From the human T2T-CHM13v2.0 reference genome, Homo sapiens, in NCBI RefSeq assembly GCF_009914755.1, contig NC_060927.1: DNA of 64,000 bases; one strand, given 5' to 3'. The translations under genes were made by a program, and so were the position numbers. The notes below the pieces were generated by a model. The model had not been told where the DNA came from. It was given only the letters and a program-made list of their open reading frames with translations, and did no database searches. This document shows positions 16,101 to 36,795 of the stretch, one piece after another (position 1 is the stretch's first letter; every line of letters starts with the position of its first letter).

Positions 16101-16458
16101 AATGGTAGTGGTGCATGCAAATATTAGCCATCTACTAAAAATAAGCAACATGCAATGCAATGTTCCTTTTCAGACTAGATTGACAATTTAGTGAATGCAC
16201 TATGGTATCATCCAATATTTGTCCATCAGTCAGCTTTCCAAGGACACAATGAAAGATATTTCACAGAAGCAGGAAACAAAAATGTAAGCATTTTCTAATT
16301 CCAGACACATAAAAATCATTAGAGAATAAAAATAGATTTGGCTGGAAGTATATCAATAGTTTAACAGTGGTTTTTTTAGGAAGATAGGATTATGGATGCA
16401 TTTTTTCTTAATTCTCTAAAATTTCAATAGCATTAAGGAAAAAGAGATGCATTTTAAA

Positions 16459-17535
16459 ACCAGGCGTGGTGGCTCACATCTAATAATCCCAGCACTTTGG
16501 GAGGCTGAATCAGGAGAACTGCTTGAGCATAGGAGTTTGAGACCAGCCTGGGCAAAACCCTGTCTCTAGAAAAATTTTAAAAAAATTAGCCAGGCATGGT
16601 GGCACACGCCTGTAGTTCCAGCTACTTGGGAGGCTGAGGTGCAAGAACTGACTGACCCTGGGAGGTCAACGCTGCAGTGAGCCATGATCACTGCACTCCA
16701 GCCTGGGTGACAGAGTGAGACCCTATCTCAAAAAATAAATAAATAAAAATAAAAACATTCCAATCTAAGGCTCAAAAAATAAACTAGTCCCCAACTGGAT
16801 CACATCAAAATTAAACATAATATGCCATACTACTGAGACACTAATCTGAAACCACTTCTGGTAGCATTCTTTTGAATGTACTTCTTTCTTTTCTTTCTCC
16901 TCTACCCCCATGATCCATTTTCTTTCCTTCTCAACTAACAATGCCTATGCCTTAGACCTGCCAGAGTATTCCTGGACCACAGATTTATGTAAAAAATTAT
17001 TCTTTCTTAAAATTTCTTCCAAACAAAATGGTTTCAACAAGCTCCAGAATAGACAGCCCTGAGAAAGAGATGACAGGAAAAAGCAGCACAGGATAAGCAG
17101 GAAATAGGAAGAACTTCCTGTCTATCTTCCTTATTCTTGTCATATCTAGAGAGAACACCTAGGTTTTTATATGACTGATTGGCCAGGTCCAGTTACCTTT
17201 TTCAGTTCACATGATGCAGATCAAGGACTACCTAGTTCAAAGGATAACCTAGTACTTTTAAAAGAACTGTATTATTTGGACCCTGTAGGCAGATTTCCTT
17301 ACCAATATTAGAAAAATGACCAGACTAGGCAACATGGTGAAATTCTGTCTTTACAAAAAAAAAAAATTATCCAGACATGTTGACGAACACCTGTAGTCCC
17401 AGCTACTTGGGAGGCTGAGGTGGGAGGACTATGTGAGCCAAGGGAGGTCAAGGTTACGGTGAGCCGTGATAATACCACTGCACTCCAGCCTGGGTGACAG
17501 AGGGAGACCCTGTCTCAAAAAAGAAAAAAAAGAAG
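16459..17535 (+). mobile_element. Two AluJ-like elements (16459-16755, 17319-17535)
   Basis: Alu consensus; the second is 5'-truncated. Confidence 0.88.
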
Positions 17536-19174
17536 GAAAGATGAAAGGTTTTTCCGTTCTCATGCAATCTATTTTCTAGTAACTCCAGGTCATTCTGTAT
17601 CAGTGATGGAGGAAACCTTGAAAGGAATACGATTCTTAACATAGCCAGTGGGAAACTTTTCAACAAAATGACAAAACTGAGAATGTAGACTCAAAGGAAA
17701 CCTTAAATAATTTTGTTTCTGATCCTAAAGGACTTGCAGTAAATTTCTACCCTAAGGTTTCCTCAAGAACCCTTTTCTTCAGGAGCACATTAACTCCTTC
17801 CAGTGTTTCCTTGGTGGTATCAAACAACTTAAAGAACTAAACCTTTTCCTCAATTGGTAAGAACAAAACTGCCTGTATTTTTGTCAAGTCCTTTACCCAC
17901 ATAGTGTCAAGTTGATTTTCCCCAGATGGTTTTGTCATGACATATTTTACTTACAGAAAAGAAGGAAAGTATCTTCAGGATCTTGCAGAATATAAACCTT
18001 CCAAAACAGACAGATATTTCAATAAGGCTTTGTCTTCTCCAATGAGCTTCTCATATAATATACGTCTGAAACAATAGGCATTTTGCCACAGTAAAAGTGG
18101 CACTTCAATCATGATATTGTCCACTTTTGTAAGAACAGAATGTGCATGTAGCATCAGTATGTCACATTCTAAATACAGGACACTTAGAAAGTTCTGTGCC
18201 TAATCTGGATCCTGATAGATAGTTCTTTTATATCTAAGTATTGCATCATGGAGAATTCAAAATATTGTCCTAGTATGTCTTTGCATCACAGCTGCCATTA
18301 CAGTGAACGCTAGTCTGCACAAGAAAACATTTCATAGTTATTCATAAACAAATCCCAGTATATGGAATTGTCCCTGAACTAAAGACTTAGTGTGACTGCA
18401 GTTGTTGCCACTTGACAAAACTTAAAATGAGAAGATCCAAGTTCAACTGATTGCACTACCACTTCCTGTGTTACCCTCCCCACTTTCTAAGCCTCCATCT
18501 CTTTATCAGTTTCACTGATATAACATGGTTAATGTGAAGCTCAAATGAATTAAGAAAAATCCAAGCACTTAATAAACTATAAAGCACTCCATAAATATTT
18601 AAAGCATTTTGAATTAACTACCTATTTTGCATATTTAGCTTGTGAAATTGACAAAAAAAAAGCAATCCTTTTCATACTTTTAACTAAACAAAAATATCCT
18701 CGATTTCCTCCAGCATGCACTGTCTAATAGCATTAAACCATGCTAAGAGTTTCTGCTATAGTATAGAACAATTTGGAAAAAATAAATGCCTTGACTATAA
18801 TCATTTTGCTGTCTAGCACATGTATACAATAAAAACAAAAAAGGAGAAATTTTTAAGGTACTTTGTATTCAAAGTTTACTTCTAAAACTGCCAAGTTTTG
18901 GGAGTGCAGCCTTACAATGGTTATGCTAGTCCTCTTAGTAGAACACAAGTGACTTGAAACAGAAGATAGAGATCATTAAATGTTCTATTTAAAATATTTG
19001 CATATTGTTCTATGTAAATTTTACCTCAAAAGAAAAAAGTCCTCTACACAAATATTAAACTCTAGCCAATCATGTGCATGCTAAAATATTTAGGGTTGAA
19101 GTGTACTGAGATCTGCTACTTTAAACTGCAACAACAAAAGATAAAATGATGAAATCCAGATGGTAGGTACATGA

Positions 19175-20970
<1,796 letters not shown>

Positions 20971-21653
20971 TTACATAAAATGAATAAATCATTAGCAAAA
21001 CCTACAGAAAGAATATAGAAGGTACATTCAGAAATTGAGGCAAAGTACAAAATGAAAAAAATATATACAGGCAAAACTGGAGAACTTGGCAAAACAAGGA
21101 AAGGCAAATGCTAAACACAAACTAAATGTCAGAAGAACATTAGAAACTATAATGGTTAACTTACAACTCATACTTTATAAAGAGAAATGCTTACAAAGGA
21201 AGAGAACCTATATAATTATTTCTCCTACTTTTATAGTCATTTGTCCTAAGAATTATCAAAAATATTTTTAAAGTATCATATTTTGACTACCCACTATCCT
21301 CATATCTCCAACACAACTGATAATCTTTCCATTTCCTCCCTTCATATAACATGCCAGTGGTTGCATTTCTTTACTTGGTAGTTATGTTATTCTATAAATG
21401 AACATTAATGGGCTATATGTTGGACATAAATCTTTATACTATTTCATCAACTGTGCAGAACCCAAATTAGGAAGATAGACTAAACAATTCACTTATCCGT
21501 ATTTTCTGAGAAGCAAACCACTTTCTAGTACCATTCAAATAGCCTCCTTTCTTGATACCTTTTAAAGTATCTCAGAGATGTATGGACATACAATCAGAGT
21601 ATAAAAGAAAGGGAGACCAACAATTACATATTGCTGAGAGTAGGAAAGACTTA

Positions 21654-22043
<390 letters not shown>

Positions 22044-22317
22044 TCAAGATGAAACAAAAAGTAAGGGAAATGGGAACACATGTAACAAGGATATAATTTT
22101 TCAATATTAAAAAAATGCAATTAATATGAAGGAGGCTCTAAAGCTAGAAATTTTCATAAAGTAAAACCTATCACATACCTTTAATTTTTCCCTTTTCAAC
22201 AAATATTTACTGAGAATTTGCAAGGCACTATTTATATAGCACTGTCACTGCCTTCTCAGTAGGCAAAAGAGAATACTGGGAAAATAAAAGTAAAGAGACC
22301 AGAGAGAAGGTACTCTG

Positions 22318-23230
22318 AAGCACAAAAGTTTTTATTTTGAAGAAGTCCAATTTATCCATTTTTTTCTTTTGTTGCTTCTTTTGATGTCATATCCAAGAAA
22401 CCTACCTCAAGGCCATGAAGATTTATTTTTACATTTTCTTCTAAGAGTTTCAGTTTTACCTCTTATATTTAGGTCCATGATCCATTTTCAGTTCATTTTC
22501 ATATATGGTATAAGACAGGGATCCAACTTCACACTTTTGCACATGGATATCTATTTGTCCCAGCATCATTTGTTGAAAAGACCATTGTTTCTCCCACTGA
22601 ATTACCTTGCCACCCTTGTCAAAAATCAACTGACCATAAAAGTAAGGGTTTACTTTCTGGATACTTAATTCTATTTCATTGAGCTAAATGTCTATCCTAT
22701 GCCAGTATCACACCATCTTGATTCACATAGCTTTGCAGTAAATTTTTTAATTGGAAAAAGTGAGTCCTCCAAATTTTTTGTTCTTTAACACTGTTTGGCT
22801 ATTCTGGGCCCTTTACATTCCCATATAAATTTTAGAATGAGTTTGTTACTTTCTCTTTTTTGTTTTTTTTGACAGAGTCTCGCTGCTGGCCAGGTTGGAG
22901 TGCAGTGGTGCGATCTCAGCTCAGTGTAACCTCCTTCTCCCTGACTCAAGCAATTCTCCTACCTCAGCCTCCTGAATACCTGGGATTACAGGCATGTGCC
23001 ACCACGCCTGGCTAATTTTTGTATTTTTAATAGAGATGGGGTTTCACCACGTTGGCCAGGCTGTTCTCAAACTCCTGACATCAGGTGATCCACCTGCCTC
23101 CACCTCCCAAAGTGCTGGGATTACAGGCGTGAGCCACTGCACCCAGCCTGAGTTTCTCAATTTCTGGAAGAAAAAAAAAAAAAAGGAAAGAAAAAGAAGG
23201 GGAGGAAAAAAAGGCAGCTGGGGTTTTGAC
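22318..23230 (-). mobile_element. L1M ORF2 fragment with minus-strand Alu (22851-23148)
   Basis: gatccattttcagttcattttc...ccagcatcatttgttgaaaagac reverse L1 ORF2 motifs. Confidence 0.8.
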
Positions 23231-23329
23231 ACAAAAATTAGCCAGGTATAGTGGCTCACACCTGTAGTCCCAGCTACTTGCAGGGCTGAGGCAGGAGGAT
23301 TGCTTGAGCCCAATGAGTAAGCCCTATGC

Positions 23330-23363
<34 letters not shown>

Positions 23364-23639
23364 CACTTAAAAGTCTTTAATTAAGTAGTTAGACCTCCAG
23401 GTCCCCTTTCCATTGCTAGGCTATTACCTCAGCTTCAACTTCATCTCCTATTCTCCAGGATACCAGAAGTTCTAGAAGACAAAGGGGCTCTGGGGAAGGG
23501 AAGGGTAAGCAATGGGAACAGGGAGGGAGTAGGAAGTGTGGGCTTAGGTGAAAGTATGCATTTTGAAATGTGGGACTGCTTCAGCCCCCTTTAAATCACC
23601 CATCCTGCTACCAAAATATATACCCCTTTTCGAGGGAGG

Positions 23640-26060
<2,421 letters not shown>

Positions 26061-26631
26061 TATCTCAGAAAGAAAGCTACAGATTGGAGCAATATGACTC
26101 AAGAGACATAATGAAGGACTGTCATTACCAAAATCCCCACAGCCTTTGGGGCACATCCATTTAACATGAGATGTGCCTGGTCCAGGTTTTCATTGGAATT
26201 TAGTTTGTCTTGACCCCGTGTTGATAAAGTTCCTGGAGCCTAGATGGGCTGAAGACTTATTTCACAGCACAGACATGTTTTGCTTTTCCTTATTCTTGAG
26301 AGCTAAAGCGTGATAAGCTTAGCTTAGAAGCAAAACCACATAGAGCAATCTACTCTCCCAATCACATTTCTTCTAGATATTTACCGTAGTATCTTGTAAA
26401 CACTTTAGTTTTGCCAGATTCCCTGACTGTGGGGAGCCTGTGTTTCTCCAGACTCAATAACAAACTTTCCCAATGACTTATCCAAAAAAGATCAAGGAAG
26501 ACTCTTTTCAGCTTATCTTCTGAGAGCTTTCATCTAATAGCAGCAGTATGTACCTTTCCTTTCACAGCCTCAGTTGATGCTTGCTATTCAGTTTTCCAAA
26601 ACAAAATGATATATTTCTTAGGGATACATAC

Positions 26632-27039
26632 CATGGCAGAGATTGGCTCATTGTTGACCAAGGCGTTTTCCCTTTCCTTCCTTGCAGTTAAGTGTAGCCA
26701 TTTGACTCAGTTCTAGCCAGTGGAATGCGGACAAAACTGATGTATACCACATCCTGGCCTGGCCCATCAAACTTTCCATGCAATCTACCACAGTCCCTCT
26801 CTTTGTCCTCGCATCTGCCAGCCAGATGCAGGAAATTCAAAGTCTCTGAGGCCCCAGTGGGTGGCAGAATCACTAGCTGAAAGCAGCCTGAGTCCCTCAA
26901 TGACTCTGTGGAACAGACCACCACTCTGTCACTGCTTTTCAACTCACAGCAAAGATGTGAGTGAGAAATAAATTTTGTGTTAAAAACCACTGATTTGGTA
27001 ATTATTCATTAAAGTAGTTCAGCCTATCCTGACTAACAG
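26632..27039 (+). mobile_element. MLT1 (MLT1J-like) LTR
   Basis: gactcagttctagccagtggaat, gagtgagaaataaatttt, ctgactaaca terminus. Confidence 0.65.
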
Positions 27040-27772
27040 ACTTAGAGAGGTAGTAGAGCTTTTTGGTTTTTCAAAATTAAAAATTTTGGCCAAAAATACA
27101 TGTATGGACATGGAGGATATTGCAGGCTTGAGCAGAGAATGGTCCCAAGAGAATGACTAATATGTTAAAATAGGCTTGTGATTTCCTGGAAGGGAGGGGG
27201 TGCCATTAAAGGATATCTTGAGGAAACTTCTAGGATAAATGTAACATGTAATTTCTTGACCTAGGTAGTGAGACCACAGGTGTTCATGTATTCTTCTTCC
27301 TAAAACTGTATTTTTGTTTTATATTTCTCTATAGTTCACAACTAATTTTATGCAAAATAAATTCGTTTTATAGCTTATAAATTGATGTTATAAGCTAGAA
27401 TGGATGGATGGATAGATACATAGATAGATGAAGACTCTTGAAAAATCTGTTGGCGCATTTAGGGGGAAAGCAACAGGTAAACAGAAAATTATGTAAATGT
27501 AAAAGGCAAATTTTAACTCCCTGAAAAAACAAAGTTAAACAAGAAAGGAAACAAGTATGATATACCACATGGCTGATCAGTAAACAATATTTATTTCATT
27601 ATAATGAAAACACCAACTATTGATTTAAAATTTCAAAATTGGAATGTTGCAGGGAGGGAAAGTGGGATGAAATAGTGAAGAAATACAAAATAACAATAAA
27701 ACCACCAGTAAGTCCCACCATCCGAAGATACTCCTATTTTAATAACATTATTTTTTAAACAAAAATTGGTTA

Positions 27773-28081
<309 letters not shown>

Positions 28082-28107
28082 CTAAAACATGCTATTTTGT
28101 AATCAGT

Positions 28108-28292
28108 TATGGTAGACAAATTCTAAGGTGGTTCCCCACCCTAATCGCCCTTCCTACTGTTCACACCTTTGTGTAATTACTTCCCCCATGAATGTAGGTG
28201 GGTCCTGTGACTTACTTCTAACCAACAGAATATGGCAAAGGTTATACAGGATGCTACTCCCATAACTATGTTACATTATATAAGACTGTCTT
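28108..28292 (+). mobile_element. 5' part of MLT1 LTR (MLT1F/G-like)
   Basis: cctgtgacttacttctaaccaacagaatatggcaaagg...ttatataagactgtctt signature, cut off by an Alu. Confidence 0.7.
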
Positions 28293-28785
<493 letters not shown>

Positions 28786-28820
28786 CCTTATACCATATAG
28801 AAAAGTTAACTCAGGGGTCA

Positions 28821-28925
<105 letters not shown>

Positions 28926-29099
28926 CTACTAAAAATACAAAAATTAGCTGGGCGTGGTGGCAGGTGCCTGTAATCCCATCTACTCGGGAGGCTGAGGCCA
29001 GAGAATTGCTCGAACCCAGGAGGTGGTGGAGGTTGCAGTGAGCCCGAGATTACACCATTGCACTCTAGCCCGGGCAACAAGAGAGAAACTCTGTCACAA

Positions 29100-29151
29100 A
29101 AAAAAGAAAAGAAAAGAAAAGAAAAGAGAAAGAAAGAGAAAGAAAGAAAAA

Positions 29152-29215
<64 letters not shown>

Positions 29216-29222
29216 AGAAAAA
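29100..29222 (+). repeat. Compound polypurine STR, with pure (AAAG)16 at 29151-29214
   Basis: Directly visible, in an Alu tail. Confidence 0.95.
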
Positions 29223-29471
29223 ACTCAAAATGGATCAAAGACCTAAACAAATGAGCTAAAACCATAAAACTCGTAGGAGAAAATATATGGGAAAAACTTC
29301 ATGATATTGAATTTGGCAATGATTTCTTGGACATAATACCAAAAGCAGAAGCAACAAAAGAAAAGGTAAGTTGGATTTCATCAAAATTAAAAACTCTGGG
29401 CAGGGCGCGGTGGCTCACATCTGGAATCCCAGCACTTTGGAAGGCAGGCAGATCACGAGGTCAGGAGTTCA

Positions 29472-29723
<252 letters not shown>

Positions 29724-30060
29724 TCAAAGCACACTATCAAAAAGTAAAAAGGCAAACCACGGAATAAAAAAAAATTTGCAAATCACATAGCTGATAAAGG
29801 ATTGATATAAAGAACTCCTACAACTAAGCAACAACAAAAACCCAATTAAAAAGATAAAAGACATAAGTAGACATTTCTTCAAAGAAGATACAAAAATGGT
29901 CACATGAAAAGATGCTCAGCCGGGCATGATGGCTCAACATACGTAATCCCAGCACTTTGGGAGGCTGAGGCAGGAGTATTGCTCGAGCCCAGGAGTTGGA
30001 GACCAGCCTGGACGTTGCTTGAACCCAGAGTTGGAGACCAGCCTGGGCAACATGTCTCTA

Positions 30061-30390
<330 letters not shown>

Positions 30391-30735
30391 TCAGCTGAAC
30401 ATGGTGGTACATGCCTGTGGTCCCAGCTACTGGAGAGGCTGAGGTGGGAGGATCATTTTAGCCCAGGAGGTCGAGGCTGCAGTGAGGCATGATTGTGACA
30501 CTACACTCCAGCCTGGGTGCCAAAGCAAAATCTTGTCTCCAAAAAAAAAAAAAAAAGAAAGAAAGAAAGAAAAGAAGAGAAAAAGAAAAGATGCACAATG
30601 TCACCCATCACCAGGGAAATACAAATCAAAACCACAGTGAAATACCACCCTATTAGAGATTTTATTTTAAAAATAATCGATTTTTTTGTGTTAGAAAACA
30701 GGGCCAGGCACAAGCAGGCCGGGTGCAGTGGCTCA

Positions 30736-31106
<371 letters not shown>

Positions 31107-32023
31107 TCAGGAGTTTGAGACCCTCCTGGGCTAATGGAGAGACCTCATCTCTACAAAATATACAAAAATTAGCCAGGCATGGCAGTGCACACCTGTACTC
31201 CCAGCTACTCGAGAGACTGAGGTGGGAAGGAACACTTAAGCCCGGGAGGTCAAGGCTACAGTGAGCTGTGGTCGGGCCATTGCATTCCAGTCTTGGTGAC
31301 AGAGTGAGACCCTGGCTCAACATAAATAAAAATCAATCAATAAGAAAACAGAAAATAGTAAATGTTGGCAAGGATGTGGAGAAACTGGAACCCTTGTGCA
31401 TTGCTGGTGGTAATGTAAAATGGTATAGCCACTGTGGAAAATAGTATGGTGGTTTCTCAAAATATTAAGCATAGAATTACCAAATGAAATTTGGTAATTA
31501 TCAAATTACTAGCAATTCCACTTCTGGGTACATACACAAAAGAATTGAATGTGGCACTCAAACAGACATTTGCATACTCATATTCATGGTGGCACTATTC
31601 CCAAAAGCAGAAAGATGGAAACAACCCATCTATCAAAAGATGATTAAACAATATGGTATAAACATACGAAGGAATATTTTTCAGCCTTAAAACAAATGAA
31701 ATTCTGATACATGCTATGACATGGATGAATCTTGAAGACATCATGCTAAGAGAAATGAGCCAGACACAAAGACAAATATTACATAATTCCATTTATACGA
31801 GGTACCTGGAGTACACAAATTCATAGAGTCAAAAAGTAGAACAATGGTTACCAAGGGCTATGGGCATGAGGTGATATTGTTTAATGGGCAGAGCTTGTTT
31901 AGGATGATGAAAAAGTTAGGGAGATGGATAGAGGTGATAGTTACACAATAATGTAAATGTACTTTATACCACCGAATTGTACACTTAAAAATGGTTTAAA
32001 TGATAAATTTTAAGTTATGTACA

Positions 32024-32568
32024 CAGTCATGTGCTGCATAAGGATGTTCCAGTCAACAATGGATTACACATATTACAGTGGTCCCATAAGATTATAATGG
32101 AGCTGTCCTATACACGTGTGCCCTTTTAAGAGATGGGGCCTCACTATGTTGCCCAGGCTGGAACGCAGTGCCTATTCATAGATGTGCTCATAGCACACTA
32201 CAGCCTAGAACTCCTGATCTCAAGTGATCCTCCTACCTCAGCCTGAGTACCTGGAATTACAGGTGCACACCACCATGCCTGGCCTATTTTCTAATCTTTT
32301 ATATCATATTTTAACTGTATCTTTTCTATGTTTAGATACACGAAAATTTACCACTGTGTTATAATTGTCTACAGTTATAGTATTCAGTACAGTGACATGC
32401 TGCACAAGTTTATGGCCCAGGAACCACAGACTATACCATATAGTCTAGGTGTGTAGTAGGCTATACTGTCCAGGTTAGTGTAAGTATACTCTATGATGTT
32501 TGCTTGACAAAATTACCTAATGATGCATTTCCCAGAACATATTCCTGTCATTAAGCAACAAATGACTG
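32024..32568 (+). mobile_element. Tigger3/MER7-type DNA transposon, interrupted by a minus Alu monomer (32126-32284)
   Basis: TIRs cagtcatgtgctgcataa...ttaagcaacaaatgactg; gtggtcccataagattataat motif. Confidence 0.8.
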
Positions 32569-34133
32569 TATTTTACCATAATAAAAATATTTTTAAAAAA
32601 GGTCAACAGAGTAAATTTTATGTTATCTATATTGTACCACAATTTTAAAAACAAAACAAACTTTATTTGATTGCAAAGGATGAATCTGGCAAGACAAGAA
32701 CAATGCCCTCTCATTTCCTTGACTGTTCACCTAGATACAGCATTATCTGTGACAAGGGAAAAAACATCTAATCTAAAGCTGAATTTTTTTCTACATTTAG
32801 TCCTATAATCCTTAGGTCACTTAACTGGGATACTCACTTTTTAAAAAAAGCAATGCTATATATTCAGTTTGTTCATGATTTAAGCCATTTAACAGGGAAA
32901 TAAATATTTTAACATCCTAATCCTCTGCATACAGTACGGTATACTCTAACTTACAAAACAGAAAGCCAAAAGATTTCTTCTAGCTGTTAATATATTTCTA
33001 CTTAGGAAAGTGGGCATGTAAGGAACAACATGCTCAGAACAGTAACATAAAAATTAAATTTGCTTCCCTAAAGCAGTAAAGATATCTGTTATATCAAAAG
33101 TAGTTAAAATGTGGTAATGAAGGAACACTAAGATATACAGGGTTCAAAATGAAAACAATGGAAAAAGATAATCCATGATTCTTTAATGAAGGTGTTTATA
33201 TTCCACCTCTGAGAAAGCACCCCGGTATGTATTCCAAGGCTTTTCCCAGCTCTTTACCACTTTCTTTCACTGCTGCTTTTTATTTCTTTTCTTTTTCTTT
33301 TTTTTCCCGAGGAGGAAAGGAAGGCAGAGACAGAGAAGGGAAAATAAGATAATGGGAATAAACTGATAAGGAAGAAAGAAAAACTAGTTTATTTTTTCTC
33401 CTCACACTGAATCCTAAATACATTATCATCATCATCATTCTCATCATCATAAATGTGAACAGCTGCAAATAACTGAAGGCAAAGGAAAACTAAATTTCCT
33501 CCAGTCACAACCTAATCTAAAGCAAAAAAGTGGGGGTGGGGAGGTCCATCTGCAGGCTTGCATCTGTAAATTAAGTTTGTATGCTGAATTCTTCAAACAA
33601 TCTTGACCGTAATACAAAGCTGCTGTTAAATATGGTGACATGAACCTTGGTCTAAGGGTGGAACACTAAGTTCTTTCAACAGCTTTCTAGCCTAAGAAGT
33701 GACATCAGTTAAAGAACTTTAAACCCAAGTGTTTCATTCACTAAGTATAAACAAATCAAGGTTTTCATAAGACACCACATAGTACAAACTAAGAGTTTAA
33801 AGATATAACTTCATGATACTATATAGTACCACAGGAAAAGCAGAATGAGAATTTGGGAAGAAGCTAATTTATCTATCTGAACTTAAAATAATCCTGTAGC
33901 ATAGTCCATTATTCCAAGAGTCCTTTTGATCTTAACGACAAATACGAAGGTCTCTGAATTGGACTGCTATTTTAACTGGGGCCCTCCCTATGCCAGTAAC
34001 AATAATGCTTTTTCCCTAATGTAAAACATTTGACCGATTCTTGGCAAACACTCTCATATAACCAGAAGATAACATCAATGCTGGCACAATCCTATGCTCT
34101 TTCTTGTGCACCTTTTTCTAAAAACTTTCCTCC

Positions 34134-34442
34134 TGGACGGGCGCAGTGGCTCATGCTTGTAATCCCAGCAATTTGGGAGGCCAAGGTGGGTGAACGATGT
34201 GAGCCCAGGAGTTAGAGACCAGCGTGGGCAACATGCGGACACCCCGTTTCTACAAAAAATACAAAAATTGGCCCTGTGTGATGATGTATGCATGTAGTCT
34301 CAGCTACTTGGGAGGCTGAGGTGGGAGAATCACCCGAGCCCAGGAAGTCGAGGCTGCAGTGATCTGTGTTCATACCACTGGACTCCAGCGTGGGCATCAG
34401 AGTGAGACCCTGTCTCAAAACAAACACACAAACAAACAAAAC
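34134..34442 (+). mobile_element. AluJ-like
   Basis: Full-length; TSD-like aaaactttcctcct/aaaacctttattcct. Confidence 0.9.
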
Positions 34443-36253
34443 CTTTATTCCTTAGCTTTCCTTAATAAGAGGAAGAAGCAGGGGAGGAGGAGGTAGCACT
34501 AAAAACTTGGATCCTCGGATATACGGGCTAAGTAGTTGTTCACCCCAAAACCTAGCCTTAATCTTCTGAAGGCAAAATGTCCTTTATAACTCCCCCTTCT
34601 GTGCTTGCCACTGATCCTAAACCGCAGGCCTTCCTGACTTGCAAGAGGACCAGGCCAGATTATGGTTATGTGGTAGGTTCTGTCAGGCAAGCTTTGACAA
34701 GGTCTCAAAATAGACCCTGGGCACAAGCCAGGGAAGCTGCCACTCATGAGTTCCGACTTCATCAAACTATAGCCCTTCAGTATGTAATTTTTTTTTTTTC
34801 TCTCTAGTGTCTCTCTCATTTCAAAAAGGCAAAGAATCCTGAACCTCCTCCTGGCCACAAGTAACCTATATAACATCAAACCTAAGCCTCCTTTATTCTG
34901 TTTACAAAAACTTTGCAGAATAAAGATTGAATCTGTACCTCCTTCCTGCCTTGAGAAAGTAATCCATCAAATAGCACTCTAGTTTGCAAAAGGATTTTTG
35001 GATCTCAAACTCCATAGAGGTTTATTTTATTATGTATAGATTAGGATGTGGAAGGTAAAGGAAAAAAGGAGGTAGATTATTTACTTCTTTCCTGACTAAT
35101 AATATAGTAGCCGACTTATGCAGGGCAAGAATTTAAACTATACACAATGCTTTTAATTGATACTGGTCATAAAATTCTGAAACAATCAACCTACTTAAGA
35201 TGTAGCCATTTAACTATTATCAAATATAAATGCTTCTATATGACAGTACCAGTCTTCAAACCACAATATTTCTACTTTTACCAATACAAATAAAATTAAT
35301 CACCTGACACTCAAATGTTTTTAAGTACCTTATAAAATAATTTGCAATATTTTTTAAATGGAGAGATGGATAAAGAATACAAAGTAATTAAGAGCTCCTT
35401 TCCCCTTCCACAAGCCCAAGAAATAAGTTAAATTCTATTATAAATAAAGCCAACATGGGATTGAAATAGTTTTAACTTTTCATAACTTCAGTCTCAATCT
35501 TACAGTCACACTTTGAAAATACATTCTGTATAGATACTAACTAATGCAAAGACTTATATATGTATTGTTCATTACAGCAGTGTTTGTAGAAGGCTAAAAA
35601 CAACCTAAATATCTGTCAATAGAAAATGGTAAAATAAATTACGGAAAATGAATAAATTATGGTTCATCTACACTAGCAAGGCATGCGGTCTTTTTTAAAA
35701 AAGTAAGAAATATGTGCTAAATACAAAAAGATCTTCATATGCCAAAGATAAGAATGAAAGATACAATATATTTCTCCTAGACATATGTGATTGAATATGG
35801 TTGCTTGGATTGGGGGGTTGGGGTAAGGAAAGGCTGGGAGTTTGTGGTGGAAAGCAGACTTTCTTTTCATCATATACCACCTTTTAAAATGTTTTATCAA
35901 TTTTTAAAAGTCCCATAAACATCTACTGAACCCATGAAATAAGCATTCTCCTTCTATAATGCCATTTCTTCCCCTTCCCTAATTATCTCTACTTTTATCT
36001 ACTGCTCTCCCTACCACTAGGCTAAAACAAATGCATACATATGTTCCCTATGAAGTGGAATTATCTCTTGACCTCCCCATCAAAATAAATGAATAATGAA
36101 CTAATGAAGAAGTATAACACATGATCAACCCAGTTTTTAGCCTAGTTGTTTGACTCCTTTGAAGTCCAGCATAATTTATTATAAGCCAAAAAGTTCACAA
36201 GGCAAGTTTTGTTCAATTCCTTCCTTCTGAAGTTTTAAAAGTTGAGTTTTATT

Positions 36254-36795
<542 letters not shown>

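Noticed and set aside
26117-26610. Unique-looking segment tested as a possible old pseudogene
   Set aside because: All frames I translated have multiple stops and no recognisable protein. It may be MaLR internal sequence next to the MLT1 LTR.
29023-29265. Lys/Glu/Arg-rich and Phe/Leu/Ser-rich ORFs
   Set aside because: Translations of the AAAG microsatellite.
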